DNA of 64,000 nucleotides from a virus: IMG/VR virus record IMGVR_UViG_3300043398_000057; one strand, 5' to 3'. Shown piece by piece: positions 1 to 11,295 of this stretch (position 1 is its first letter; each line of letters starts with the position of its first letter). The notes under the pieces were generated by a model. It saw only the letters and a program-made list of their open reading frames with translations, ran no database searches and was not told where the DNA came from. The position numbers and the translations under genes were made by a program.

Positions 1-2
1 TG

Positions 3-932
3 GCTGGTTATTTTTATCGTACCACTGATGAACAACTTTCTTCTACATGGTCAAGTCTTTCACTTCCCGGGGTCGCACCACAAAGAAATACTGACACACT
101 CGGACCAAATTTTACCAAGAAATTTTCTCTTCGTTCAATGTTTATCAACAAGCATTGGATAAATGGACCGACAAATGGAAATGACGCAAAAGACTGGTTG
201 CGCAGAGCGTTTCTTAATGGTGTTGACTATTCAATCGCATTGATTCAATATCACATGCGATTGATTCGACAAAATGGATATACAAACCCCAAATTTGGTA
301 TCTATGAATGGCACAGTCATGATGATGAATGGGTTAGTCATATTGCTAGAGATGTTGCATGGCCCGGCGCTGCTGGTGATCCCGCGTGGCACGCTTGCAC
401 TTACAACAGTACAACGGGTGAAGCAACACCTGCAAATTTGACGCCGGTTCCCGGGTATCCAAGTAATCATGCTGGTATTCCATTGACACAAATGTTTGAT
501 ACTGGCGACATTGTAAGATGTTTGGGTGCCGGACAATCTGGTAATGCACTTAGAGAAGACCGCACATTCAAAGTTCGCATCACTGGTGACAATAAACTGA
601 GGTTTTACTCAACTCAGGCAGCATTTGATAGCGACACTCCAATTACGGGAGCCAGCGGAACAAACATTTATGTCGTGAACGTGTCTCGGCATCAAGCATT
701 GTTCAATCAGAGAATGGATTATCTGTTAGGCACCGATGGTCAAGAAGTTTTTGATTATTGGTGTCAACAATGGGAACAATCTGAGCATAAAATTGATTTT
801 GCTTGCTAGTTTGTATCCGGTATTGCTGATCCATTGACTAGCGCCGGACCTCCCGTTAAACCGTGGACAATGAGTCGGAAGGGTTTGCATCCTGAGAGTC
901 ATCTGAGTAATTGGTGGAGAACACGACAATAA
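3..932 (+). CDS. Hypothetical protein, 5'-truncated by window edge; one internal TAG (807-809)
   Basis: Frame open from window start; continues 40 codons past the TAG to TAA 930-932, followed by a TAAATA motif and hairpin. Confidence 0.7.
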
Positions 933-947
933 CATTTGTCGCAACAC

Positions 948-974
948 TAAATATGGGGCATCATTGCCCCATAT
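948..974 (+). promoter_or_regulatory. Late-promoter-like TAAATA overlapping a hairpin upstream of gp4
   Basis: TAAATA 948-953; inverted repeat ATATGGGGCA-TCAT-TGCCCCATAT. Confidence 0.55.
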
Positions 975-992
975 TCATTTAAGGATTGCACT

Positions 993-1487
993 TTGGCTAC
1001 AACGAACAAAAACTTTGGTGGTTCAAGTCGATATAATCAGGGTGAGTTTCGTCCAAAGAACCCTCTGAAGTATCGCGGAACATACCCAATCATCTATCGA
1101 TCAAGCTGGGAACTTCTGTTGATGAAGTTCCTTGATGAAAACCCATCAATCATCGAATGGGGGTCTGAAAGTATTGTGGTTCCCTACATTTCGCCTATCG
1201 ATGGTAGAGAACACCGGTATTTCTTGGACTTTGTTGCCAAGATCATCACCAAGTCATCCAACGTCAAAATCATTGCGATTGAGGTGAAACCATTTGCGCA
1301 AACCAATCCACCAGTGCAACCAAAACGTCCAACAAAGAGTTATGCGGAGGCTGTCAAGACGTATCAGGTCAATAAGGCAAAATGGGCGTTCGCAACGGAA
1401 TACTGTAAGCGCAGAAAAGTTGATTTTGTGATTTTCACTGAGTACGATCTTGGTTTGAAGAAGAGAAAGGAACCGGCTGGTGGCTGA
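993..1487 (+). CDS. gp4: Head completion nuclease (T4 gp4-like)
   Basis: PKNPLKYRG, IIYRSSWE, WGSESIVVPYISPIDGREHRYFLDF, IEVKP motifs. Confidence 0.92.
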   Translation: MATTNKNFGGSSRYNQGEFRPKNPLKYRGTYPIIYRSSWELLLMKFLDENPSIIEWGSESIVVPYISPIDGREHRYFLDFVAKIITKSSNVKIIAIEVKPFAQTNPPVQPKRPTKSYAEAVKTYQVNKAKWAFATEYCKRRKVDFVIFTEYDLGLKKRKEPAGG

Positions 1488-2142
1488 TAAAATTCTGACC
1501 GAACCGGGTGGTCCCGCAGCAATCATTCCACCAAACATCTACGGTAAAAAGTTTGACGTTTTCTAGTGGGTCAAGACGCAAAAGAACTATTCGACCGAAC
1601 GTTCTATGCGATGGTTCAAGCAAAAGATCGGAATGCTTTCGCTCAAGCCCAATGATCCTAGATTGCGTTCAACTCGCCAGTACGCCAAGTTGTCTATGTC
1701 TAGGCCACATTTCTTCGTCTATGAGGCGGAAACGTCCTCTGTGAAGGGTATGGAAGTCTATGACCGGTTTCCGCTTGTTCTGCCGTTTGCCGTGAACCTT
1801 GAGAACGGTACCTTCCATGGCATCAACTTCCACCACATTCCACCAGACCTTAGACTTGTTGTGTTTGATCGTCTGATGGCAGCAAGTTCACGCGGGTTCA
1901 GTGAAGAATCAAGAATTCGTGCTGAATGGCAAACTCTGAAAGCGTTGGCAAACCATCCGGTCATTTCTCAAGCTGTGAAATGTTATCGTTTTGATAGAGT
2001 GAAATCCCTCTACATTCGTCTGAGTTTGGAAGAATTGCTCATGAGTATCTTCATGCCAGTTGAATGGTTTGTTGACCTGAAATCCGGCAGAACCGTAAAT
2101 AAATCTAGGGTTTTTGCACAGATTAACAGGAACATGCGCTAA
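1480..2142 (+). CDS. gp2: DNA end protector (T4 gp2-like); internal TAG 1564-1566
   Basis: YDRFPLVLP and GINFHHIPP motifs; GTG 1480 has an AAAGGA RBS and is in frame through one TAG. Confidence 0.85.
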
Positions 2143-2888
2143 TGTCATTCGAGAATTTCAGAACAATGGTTAGAACGGTCGGTTAGGCAAGAACTAACCG
2201 ATTCAAGTTCCTGTTGACCGTTCCAGCAAAAGTTTCGGCAAAACTTGCATCATCTGATGCACAGATGCCAATTCAACAAATTGAGTTGTTGTGTAAGTCG
2301 ATTAATGTGCCGGGCGTGACATTCACAACGAATGACTCAAACAAGGATGTGATCAATCATCGTCCTTACATCACTGATTACAACGAATCTGAAATCAGTG
2401 CAACATTTTACGTTGATGCGAAGTATAACCTTCGAACACTGTTTGATGCGTGGAAAAAGGTGATCGTCAACGAAAACATGAACATCGGATATTGGGATGA
2501 CATGGTTTCAAATGGCAGCACGATCAAAGTTTATCGTGATACACCCCAAGGCGAAATTGTTGAAGCATCTTACAAATTCCAAGGTCTGTTGCTCAAATCT
2601 TACACCGACTCGTCTTACAACTGGTCAAACACATCAGCACCCCTTGAAATTACTGCAAATTTCACGTTTGCCAAAATGACTCCCCTCAACTTGTATTCTG
2701 ATGCAAGAAGTGTTCCAGAAACTGATGGCAACGTTGAATTGAGGGGTATCGAAGTTCTGAACACCATTCCTTATGGTGAGATTTTGCCAGATATCCCATT
2801 CGGATCACTTGATATCAACGATGCAACGATTCCCGTTAAAATCGGTGATGATTTCAAGTATGACAATGACCTGAATCCCTTCAAATGA
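2142..2888 (+). CDS. Tail-tube-fold baseplate protein (gp54/gp19-like); internal TAG 2184-2186
   Basis: ATG overlaps the gp2 TAA; N-terminus G*ARTNRF resembles GLARxNRF; LLCKSINVPG, TFYVD, LFDAW. Confidence 0.75.
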
Positions 2889-2896
2889 GGTTTGCC

Positions 2897-3574
2897 ATGA
2901 AATTTGAATACCCGACTTACACCGATATTCTTCCATCTACAGGAAAATCAATTGAGTATCGGCCATTTACAAGCAAAGAAGAAAAGAACTTTTTGCTGAG
3001 TACCCAAACCAAGAAATCGCAAGATATTGTCAACGCGGTTTACAAATTGGTTGACAGTTGCACAAGTGGGCGTGCAAGTGAGATGACATACTATGATGTT
3101 GAATACATGTATCTTAAAGCCCGTGGAAAGTCTTTAGGCGAAGAAGTTGAGCTAATTGGTACATGTGACGCTTGTTCAACTCAAACACCGTTTGCAGTGC
3201 ACATTGATGATGTTCAGGTTACAGGTAAAGTTGGTACAAGCAAAATCAAAATTGATGAAATTGGTGTTGGCATCGAATTGTCGCACCCCGGCATTAAAGC
3301 TGTAACAGTTCTGGAAAATACTGAAGAAGACGATGAAGATCGATTTCTTGCGGAAAGTATCAAGAAAATTTGGACCGATGATGAAGTTTTTGATGATTTG
3401 TCATTTGATGACAAGTTGCAATTCATCGAAGGTCTGACGCCAAAAAATAGAAAACTGCTTTCTCAATACATGGCTGATATGCCGTTGGTGAATTTGAAGG
3501 GTGGGTTTACTTGTTCGGGGTGTGGCAAAAACCATACCGTTGTTTTGGTAGGACTTGATAATTTTTTCGTGTAA
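2897..3574 (+). CDS. gp26: Baseplate hub subunit (T4 gp26-like)
   Basis: LPSTGKSIEYRPFTSKEEK, DVEYMYLKARGKSLGE, two CxxC pairs, terminal GLDNFF. Confidence 0.88.
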   Translation: MKFEYPTYTDILPSTGKSIEYRPFTSKEEKNFLLSTQTKKSQDIVNAVYKLVDSCTSGRASEMTYYDVEYMYLKARGKSLGEEVELIGTCDACSTQTPFAVHIDDVQVTGKVGTSKIKIDEIGVGIELSHPGIKAVTVLENTEEDDEDRFLAESIKKIWTDDEVFDDLSFDDKLQFIEGLTPKNRKLLSQYMADMPLVNLKGGFTCSGCGKNHTVVLVGLDNFFV

Positions 3575-3732
3575 TGTCCTCCGAGACAAGACTCGAAAAT
3601 TACTATAAGACTGCACACATTCTTATGAGTAAATTCGGGAAGTCTTTGGGGGACATTGAAAATACGATTCCATTTGAAAACGATATTTTTGTGGCTATGA
3701 TCATTTCTGACGCCGCAAAGAAAAATCAGTAA
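3574..3732 (+). CDS. gp51: Baseplate hub assembly catalyst (gp51-like), 52 aa
   Basis: MSSETRLENYYKTAHILMSKFGKSLGDIENTIPFENDIFV; coupled to gp26 by TAATG; below the ORF-track size cutoff. Confidence 0.8.
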   Translation: MSSETRLENYYKTAHILMSKFGKSLGDIENTIPFENDIFVAMIISDAAKKNQ

Positions 3733-3743
3733 GGATTTCTCAG

Positions 3744-4007
3744 ATGCTGGCCTTTCACATTTATGTCGCGTTTATGTCACTTGTGACTCTTTACGTCATT
3801 TACACGATGTTCAGAGATAATTTCAAAGATCGAAAGTGGTATGAACGTTAGGTGATTGCTTCCATCGGGGCACTATTTCTATATCAGATTGGGTTCATTA
3901 TTACATCGGTAGATAGTTAGAGTATTCGTGTAATTGCGGTAAATGTTGCCGCCATGCTACTCTTTGTAAAGGCGTTTTTCATCAGAAAGAAGTATAACAG
4001 TGTCTGA
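3744..4007 (+). CDS. Small 3-TM membrane protein, holin-like candidate; internal TAG 3849 and 3918
   Basis: AAGGA RBS; 87 codons with three hydrophobic segments and a basic tail when TAG is read through; absent from the ORF track. Confidence 0.65.
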
Positions 4008-4299
4008 TTTCGCGGATTATCTTGCTAGGTTCAGTGGTTCTTTGGCTGGCTTGTTGCTAAGTTGGGCCATTGCGCCATTGCCGTTCAATTTTAGACTGGT
4101 GCTGTTTATCTGCATCAGCGTTGGCATTTGTTTTGCCGGTGCGCCAATCACATTTGAACTTTTGCAAGGTATCGTGTCAACAATTCATGCAAACTTTTCC
4201 GGCTATTTCATCGCCGCTTGTTTGAACGGTATCTTCTAGGTTCCGCTGGTGATGATGATCAACAAGTTCTTGAACGATAGGTTCAAACCTAAAGAATGA
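4000..4299 (+). CDS. Small membrane protein, holin-like candidate; internal TAG 4237-4239
   Basis: Hydrophobic segments; TAG lies inside GIF*VPLVMMI; terminal TGA overlaps terminase ATG (ATGA). Confidence 0.65.
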
Positions 4300-4676
4300 A
4301 CAAAGTCGAAAAGCCCCGTCACTATAAGGGCAACACAAAACTCAAGGGGGTGAACGTCAAAAGCGTTTTCACCCCCGAACAAATTGATACGGTTGCCAAG
4401 TGTATTGCCGACCCTGTTTATTTCATCGAGAACTTTGTCAAGATTGTTCACGTTGACCAAGGCATTATCCCATTCAAGATGTGGGATTTCCAGAAAAACA
4501 TTGTTGAGTTGTACAACAACAACCGTCACGTTATTCTGAAGTAGCCTCGTCAATGTGGTAAGTGCGTTTCTGGTGATACTACAGTAAAGATTAGAAACAA
4601 GAAAACTGGCGAAATCTTGGAAATTACAGTTGAAGAATACTACAAGATGTTAAAGGCGAAAAATGACGCCAAATAA
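4296..4676 (+). CDS. gp17: Terminase large subunit N-fragment fused to split intein N-part; internal TAG 4542-4544
   Basis: KCIADPVYFIENFVKIVHVDQG then K*PRQCGK (Walker A first half), then CVSGDTTVKIR, ending at TAA 4674-4676. Confidence 0.92.
4563..4673 (+). mobile_element. Split intein N-fragment (IntN), 37 aa
   Basis: Begins with Cys1 block A (CVSGDTTV) directly after the Walker A GK; terminated by TAA. Confidence 0.9.
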
Positions 4677-5708
4677 ACCATTGTCAGTTAAAACTTGCAG
4701 AGGGTGCGATATATCTTTTAATGGATATCGTACAACATCTTACTGTTCTGCCGAATGTTCAAAGTCTGTAAAGAATAAGAAAAAGGTTCAACAGTCTCAT
4801 ATTAAATTTCATTCGGAGAATTCTTCAGAATGGGTTGAATGTAAATTGTGTGACTTTAGGTCGGCTGATTTGGGCACACATTACAAAATTCTTCATAAAC
4901 TAGAAAGCAATCACGGGTATGAAACAAAATCTCATAACATCCGAGAATCATTGACAGGAAATAAGAATCCTGCCTTTAATCATGGCGGAAAATTTTCTCC
5001 GTGGTCGAAGAAATTTGTTAAATACTCTGATGATCGAGTTTGTTCAGAATCAATTAGTAATATGATTCTAAAAAGAAATAAAACATGGGAAGAAAACAAA
5101 TCGCTACCATAGAGAGTTGATTACTATACCTCTAGGGGTATTTCCGAAGATGATGCAGTAAAGTTTATATCAGAAAGACAGAAAACTTTCAGTTTAGATA
5201 TCTGTGTTGATAAATATGGTGTTATTGAAGGCACAAAACGTTTCTATGAGAGACAAGAAAAGTGGCAACAAACACTAATGTCAAAACCTGATGAAGAGTA
5301 TCGTAGAATTTGCGAGTTGAGAGCGACAGCAAATAACCAATCTGTATCACTACAAGAAAAGGAATTGGTGATCGAACTACAAAAACTGTTCCCATCTTTG
5401 GAATCTCAGTTCATAATTCGTAAAGAACGTGGGTGGTACAATTTTGATATCAAAGTTGGTGATAGGCTGATCGAATACAACGGTGATTATTGGCACGCAA
5501 ATCCTTAGATTTATGACGGTTCCTGGGTTCATCCTAAAAGTGGTTTGACCGCAAAAGAATAGTGGAAGAGAGAGATTCTACAAAATATGAATTTGCAAAG
5601 AATCAAGGGTTTACGGTTTTAGTTGTGTGGGAATCAGATTTCAAGCAAAATAAAGAACTGCTAATCTCAAAATGTGTTAAATTTTAGGAACAAGATGAAT
5701 CTGTCTGA
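4663..5708 (+). mobile_element. Free-standing homing endonuclease (Vsr/DUF559-like PD-(D/E)xK) between the intein halves; 4 TAGs and an apparent frameshift near 5570
   Basis: N-terminal Cys motifs; FDIKVGDRLIEYNGDYWHANP; C-terminal GFTVLVVWESDF lies in a shifted frame; AT-rich; TAG at 5110, 5506, 5560, 5685. Confidence 0.8.
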
Positions 5709-6060
5709 TACCGTTTCCAGAAAATTCGTAGATTCTATTGATATCGATGAATGGGAAATCCTAACTGATACTGGTTGGGAAGATATCACACATATTCACA
5801 AAACTGTTGAATATGAAGTTTATTCTTTGGTACTCGATACCGGCGAGACTTTAAAGTGTGCCGATGATCATATCGTTTTTGATGATGGTCTAAATGAAGT
5901 TTTTGTCAAAAACTAGAACCCCGGTGATAAAGTTGTGACAGAAAATAGTGTTTCTCTGGTCAAGACTGTGTGCAATCTTGGCTACACCGAAAATATGTTT
6001 GACGTGACGGTTGGGTCTAAAAATCATCGGTATTACACCAACGGAATTCTGAGTCACAAC
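5695..6060 (+). mobile_element. Split intein C-fragment (IntC), 122 aa
   Basis: Block B LKCADDHIV, block F MFDVTV..HRYYTNG, terminal SHN followed by +1 Thr. Confidence 0.9.
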
Positions 6061-7446
6061 ACCCAAACAACAGCAGCATTCATTTTGCACTATGTGTTGT
6101 TCAACAAGAACAAAACTGTTGCCATTTTGGCTAACAAGGGTGCAACCGCTAGAGAAATCATCTCTCGTATCAAACAATCGTTTGAAGAATTGCCGACATG
6201 GATGCAAATCGGGGTGAAAGAGTGGAACAAGGGTTCCATCGAATTTGAAAACGGTTCGTCAGTTATCGCCGCCGCAACATCAGGTTCCGCAATTCGTGGT
6301 AAGTCAATTTCTCTGTTGTACCTTGACGAATTCGCGTTCTTGCACCCCAATATGGCAATGGAATTCTTCGAGTCGGTTTATCCTACCATTTCTTCTGGTA
6401 AGGAAACCAAGATTCTGATCAGTTCTACGCCCAAGGGGTTCAACCATTTCTACAAAATGTATAACGATGCAATTCAGGGCAAATCTGAATTCACCGGTTA
6501 CGAAATCAAGTGGAATGACATTCCCGGTCGTGATGACGCTTGGAAAGAAAAGACCATTTCAACGGTGGGTATGCAGTCTTGGTTGCAAGAATACTGTGGT
6601 GAGTTCCAAGGTAGTTCTTACACACTGGTTTCTGGTACGAAAATTGGGTCACTTGCATCGAAAGACCCAATTTTCAAAGACGGTAACTTCCGGGTTTACG
6701 AAAAGCCAATCGAAAAGAGAAACTATGTTATCACGATTGATACCAGTCGTGGTCAACATCATGACTTCCATGCGTTTTCTGTCATTGACATTACTGCACT
6801 TCCGTACAAACAAGTTGCAACATTCAAGGACAATGCACTGTCACCCCTTGAGTATCCAACGCTGATTTATAACGTTGCGAAAATGTACAACAGTGCATAT
6901 TGTCTGATCGAAATCAACGATAACGGGCAACAAGTTGCTGACGCATTGTTCTACGATTTTGAATATGAGAACATCTACTTCACGAAAAATGAAAAGGTCA
7001 CTGAGGGACTTGGGTATCCGGGTGTTCGCACAACAAAGAAGGTGAAATCGATTGGTTGTTCGGTCATGAAAGACTTGATCGAAAAGGATATGTTGGAAAT
7101 CAACGATCTTTCAACCATCAATGAACTTGCTGGGTTCTCTAAGAAGGGCGCAAGCTACGCCGCTGAAGATACATCGGTCAATGATGACCTGTGCACCACA
7201 TTGTTCCTGTTTGGCTGGCTTACAAAGGAACCAATTTTCTCAGAACTAAATAACGTCAACATCAGAAAGAAAATTTCTGAACAGTATGAGGAATATGTTA
7301 CCGAGAATATGACGCCATTTGGTATCATCGATAACGGTATTGACGCATACTCTTTGAGTTCTGATACACCTGTGCCTAAATACGGGTCTGAGGAAATGGA
7401 ATTCCTTCATTCTCTTTTGGGTATACAACCTACTTCTATGGACTAA
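5695..7446 (+). CDS. gp17: Split intein C-part fused to terminase large subunit C-fragment; internal TAG 5914-5916
   Basis: IntC then TQTTAAFILH, AILANKGATAREI, AATSGSAIRG, Walker B LLYLDEFAF, STPKGFNHFY, nuclease NDDL. Confidence 0.95.
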
Positions 7447-7450
7447 ACGA

Positions 7451-8566
7451 ATGACGGTTAAAGTTGAAAACATTGATGTTCGCAATGCATATATTCTTGG
7501 GCAAATTTTCCCAATTGGGGCAGTTGTCGAAGAAAGTGCAACCGGTCAATAGTATGAAATCATCGGTCGTGGACCGAACTATTTGACTGTTGTGAATGAA
7601 AGTGGCGAACAATCAAAAAAGTGGTTGGGACAAGTTACCGATACCGGTCACACTGCCACACCAGAAATCATTGACGGTCAATTGTTCGCCTTTGGTCGCT
7701 CAACAGAAAACTTCACCGAGGAACTATCACAAGAATTCTTGGAAGTTTATGAAGAGTTTGAAGACAAGTTCGCATGGCGAAGAGTTGTGATTGCACTCGA
7801 TAAAGCACTTGGTATGCCCACACTGGATCAGGTGTATGAAGGTATCGAGATTGCCGAAGAGTATTTCAACAAGTGTTCGGTCTACTTTCCTTTCATTTTG
7901 CAGGAAGCAAAGTCAGATATCGAAATTACCAAAATGGTTAAGTTGTTGGCTGATGTTGCTGGTGTCACATACAAAAAGGATAACCAGACAACCATGACAG
8001 AAGTTATGAAGACTCTGAAAAAGAATAATCTGACTCCTGAACAAATGAAGCCATTGCATCCAATTTTTAAGCTGCTCAAGGACACATCGAGTCTGAAGTT
8101 TGACTTTGTTATTGAGTCGGTTGAGTCGGAAATCATCACATTGGTTGAAGAAAACCTTGATGATGTTATGGACATTGTTGAATGGGAAGAGTTTGAGGAA
8201 GTCTTCGCTGACGTTCTGGATGAAAACGAAACCGAAATCAAGCAACTTGAAGAGGGCTAGACGGTCCAAGGACGCTTGCATTTGGCTAACGTGATGCGTA
8301 GGCACGCCGACCAACTACAACTCGCTAGAACTCGCGCTATCGGTCGCGGCGCCTCGCGTTCGGTACTCATGCAACGCGCAAGACGCCTTGCCGTTACATC
8401 ACTGAAGAATCGACTCACTCACGGTCAAGAAAACATCTCGCTGGGTGAGAAGAATCGCATCGAGAAAATCATTAAGTCTCGCAAGTCTGCTTTGGCAAAG
8501 ATTGCTAACAGAATGTTCCAACACGTTAAAACTCTACAAAGCGCAAGACTTGCGCATCACGCATAA
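7451..8566 (+). CDS. Conserved T4-like hypothetical/head-associated protein; internal TAG 7550 and 8258
   Basis: Joins three ORF fragments in one frame; IIGRGPNYL motif, acidic middle, basic Arg-rich C-terminus. Confidence 0.75.
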
Positions 8567-8576
8567 GGTGCAGAAA

Positions 8577-9482
8577 ATGAACTACGAAACCGTTTCAAAG
8601 CATGTCTCGATTGAAGTCTATGACCACAACACTATCATTGTTCGATTTGCCGGTCAACGCTGTTTGATTCTGGACAAGTCAAACTGGTCCGGTAATTGGT
8701 GGGTTCGCGTTGATGACGAATTCCGTCAACTGATGCTTGGTCCGAACTTCATTACGAATAGTTCAGAATTTGCTGAACTTGATGATGCCATCGCTCATGG
8801 TCTGAGTGGACTTATTGACGTTGGCGCTTTTGATAAGTTGGTCGATCTTGAACTTGATTCCGGTATTGAAGGTTATACCCATAACACCGGCTACGTCGCT
8901 GCAAGCCAATTCGGCAATACCGATATTGAAGAAGCCGAAGATATGCTCGAATCAAATGACGATCCGTTGGACGATAAGAAGCAAATTCTCGAATCGTTTT
9001 TCAAGAATTCTGTTGAACGTTCAGACCGATTTGAAAATCTGCGCGAAGCATTTGAAGAAATTCAGATGGAAGAAAGGGTTGAAAAGACTGGTGATATTTT
9101 GGCACTGGCTTTGGAAAATGTGAAAATTGATGAAGCCAAGGTTGCAAAGCCAATTCCCGACCATGACTATCATAAGAAGACTGACGCGCAACTTCGTTAC
9201 ATCATGAAGGATGCTAAGGAAGCTGCTGATGCGATGAAGGGTCATTCACCAAGTTCAGAATCCAAGTATCTGGATCAAGTCAACGATGCCGCAACTGTTT
9301 TGCACTACCGCAAAAAGGCTCGCGCTGCTGGTATGAACGAATCTCAAACTCGTTACTACCACAAAGTTGAAGCCGGTAAGGAAGCTGATGCATTGTCTGA
9401 AGGTATGCGCTGTGTTGATGGTCAGTATTTCCATATCAACAAGTTCATGAGTGAAATTTCGCAATTTCCCCACATCGATTAA
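8577..9482 (+). CDS. Hypothetical, possible processed internal head protein
   Basis: Acidic ORF with many (I/L/M)xE sites and a His/Lys-rich helical C-terminal module. Confidence 0.65.
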   Translation: MNYETVSKHVSIEVYDHNTIIVRFAGQRCLILDKSNWSGNWWVRVDDEFRQLMLGPNFITNSSEFAELDDAIAHGLSGLIDVGAFDKLVDLELDSGIEGYTHNTGYVAASQFGNTDIEEAEDMLESNDDPLDDKKQILESFFKNSVERSDRFENLREAFEEIQMEERVEKTGDILALALENVKIDEAKVAKPIPDHDYHKKTDAQLRYIMKDAKEAADAMKGHSPSSESKYLDQVNDAATVLHYRKKARAAGMNESQTRYYHKVEAGKEADALSEGMRCVDGQYFHINKFMSEISQFPHID

Positions 9483-9523
9483 ACTGAGGTAGATAACTCT
9501 ACCATTTGAGAAAGGTCTAAAAC

Positions 9524-9904
9524 ATGAGTTACGAACGAAATAAGCCATACCCCGAAGCTGTTGCCACTGAACGTGGCTGGGTTGATCACATTACCGGTGA
9601 ACTGCTGGTGTCGATTCGCGGTTTGGCTACCAAGATGGCACAGTTTCAAAATTCGTCTGCTGAACCTGTTACTGTCGAAGTTGAAGTTCAAGTTCCCGCG
9701 CCCGTCGCAAAAATTGAAATCCCTGTGGAAGTTGTGGCTGATGTTGTGGAACCCGTGATTGAAACACAAGGTGAAATCACAGAAGAAGCGATTGAGAAGG
9801 CTCAGGAAGAAATTGAACAAGCTGTCGAACAAGCTGATGAAGCTGTTCAAGCTGCTGTCGCTCCCGAACCTAAGAAGCGTGGACGCAAGCCTAAGGCTCA
9901 ATAA
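9524..9904 (+). CDS. Hypothetical protein, Glu/Val/Ala-rich with basic tail
   Basis: GAAAGG RBS; AVATERGWV motif; C-terminal KKRGRKPK (AT-hook-like). Confidence 0.75.
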   Translation: MSYERNKPYPEAVATERGWVDHITGELLVSIRGLATKMAQFQNSSAEPVTVEVEVQVPAPVAKIEIPVEVVADVVEPVIETQGEITEEAIEKAQEEIEQAVEQADEAVQAAVAPEPKKRGRKPKAQ

Positions 9905-10320
9905 TGCCAATCAACACAAGTATCAAAGTTTCTCAATAGGATGCGCTTTCGGTTGTTCCGCCAAGCGCATTTCATCACATTGTTTCGGGTGGTCAAGACT
10001 ACCGGGTTACTGTGATGGCGTTGTTTTCAAACGCCCCTATTTTGATCAACGCTGGTCCGGAAATTGTATCAACTGAGAAAATCTCTAGTGGTACAACTAT
10101 CGGTGTCAACAAAAAGGTTTCCGTGCTGACAACTGCCGGTAACTATGCACTCGATAACGGCTCACGCGATGGACATGTGAAAACCATTTACAACTTTTCA
10201 CCTAGCGTGTCAACTGTGACAGGTTCATTCGCTAAACCCGGTTCAGAATCTCTACAGGAAGACGAATCAATTACTATGGTTTGGCAAGATGGTGTATGGT
10301 TGGTGATTCAAAGGACGTAA
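9904..10320 (+). CDS. Putative virion protein; internal TAG 9937-9939
   Basis: ATG overlaps the upstream TAA; KVSQ*DAL resembles the KISxL N-terminal motif of fibre/structural proteins. Confidence 0.7.
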
Positions 10321-10321
10321 T

Positions 10322-10660
10322 TTGAAAAATCAAGACTGGTATGAGGTTGCAGCAAATTCGTACAACCCCGGAACCATCGTCACAAAGAAAGAGTTTAACG
10401 CCGATCTGAGAAGATTTGGCGTTTTTCTTTCCAACATCCAAAAAGAAGAATTGACCGATAGTGATATTCGCAGTCTTATCAATTCTTTGATCATTCTCAC
10501 AAACACCTTTGGTGTTGATGGGACATATAAGGTGTAGAAGATTAGATCATGCAAGCAAACCATCAACCGGGTCAATTGCATTTTCTCAAGACTCAATTTG
10601 ATCGAACCGGTTAAATATACCGAAGACGCCTTTACCAAAATTTTTGAAAGCATTCTATGA
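10322..10660 (+). CDS. Conserved T4-like hypothetical protein; internal TAG 10535-10537
   Basis: YNP..EFNADLRRF..LINSLIILTNTFG; reads through to a TGA overlapping the next ATG. Confidence 0.75.
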
Positions 10661-11295
10661 AGATTGTTGACAACCTTATTGCGATGCGAATCGTGTATTT
10701 GTTGGTCTAGCCTTTTGACAAGTGGCAAGCATACAAACTTGACGCGATTGATGAAAACGGTCAACCGTTGCTGAAAATCAAGGACATGACTGATGACCAA
10801 AAATCAAATTGGACAATGCTTCACCGGCTGGTGGCAAGAATTAAGAGACTATTGGGTACCGTTCCTATGGGTAAGACTCTTATTGCTAGTTCACTTGCTG
10901 CATACGCTTTGGTGAGAGAAAGTGAAGAGTATGGCGCAGAGTCTGTTGACTTTGACAAGCGTTTCAAAACTCTGGTCGAGTCGTATCAAGGAACTCTGAA
11001 TGAATCGTCTGAAGATTTCTTGAAAATTGATGAAGCTGTTAAGACCATGTTCACGCTTTACGCGATGATGGAAGACGGTGAATCGGCACCATCATCTTCG
11101 GCAAATATCACATCAAACGTTGCCACATATGACGCTCCGATTGGTTCACAAGTCATTCGCCGCAACAAAAAGCTGTTCAAGCTGAAGAAGTCTGACATTC
11201 TCGATTCAACCAAGATGAAACAGATGGTTGAAGAACATGGTGATTTTCTTGCCGAAGAAGAAGAAACCGGCAATCTCTATCAGGTGTCAAAATGA
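10657..11295 (+). CDS. Conserved T4-like hypothetical protein; internal TAG 10708-10710
   Basis: ATGA coupling; PFDKWQAYKL..IDENG..HRLVARIKRLL motifs. Confidence 0.75.

Noticed and set aside
4677-5694. Group I intron or contiguous intein in terL
   Set aside because: The N-fragment ends in TAA, the insert is fully occupied by an overlapping ORF in another frame, and IntC has its own ATG
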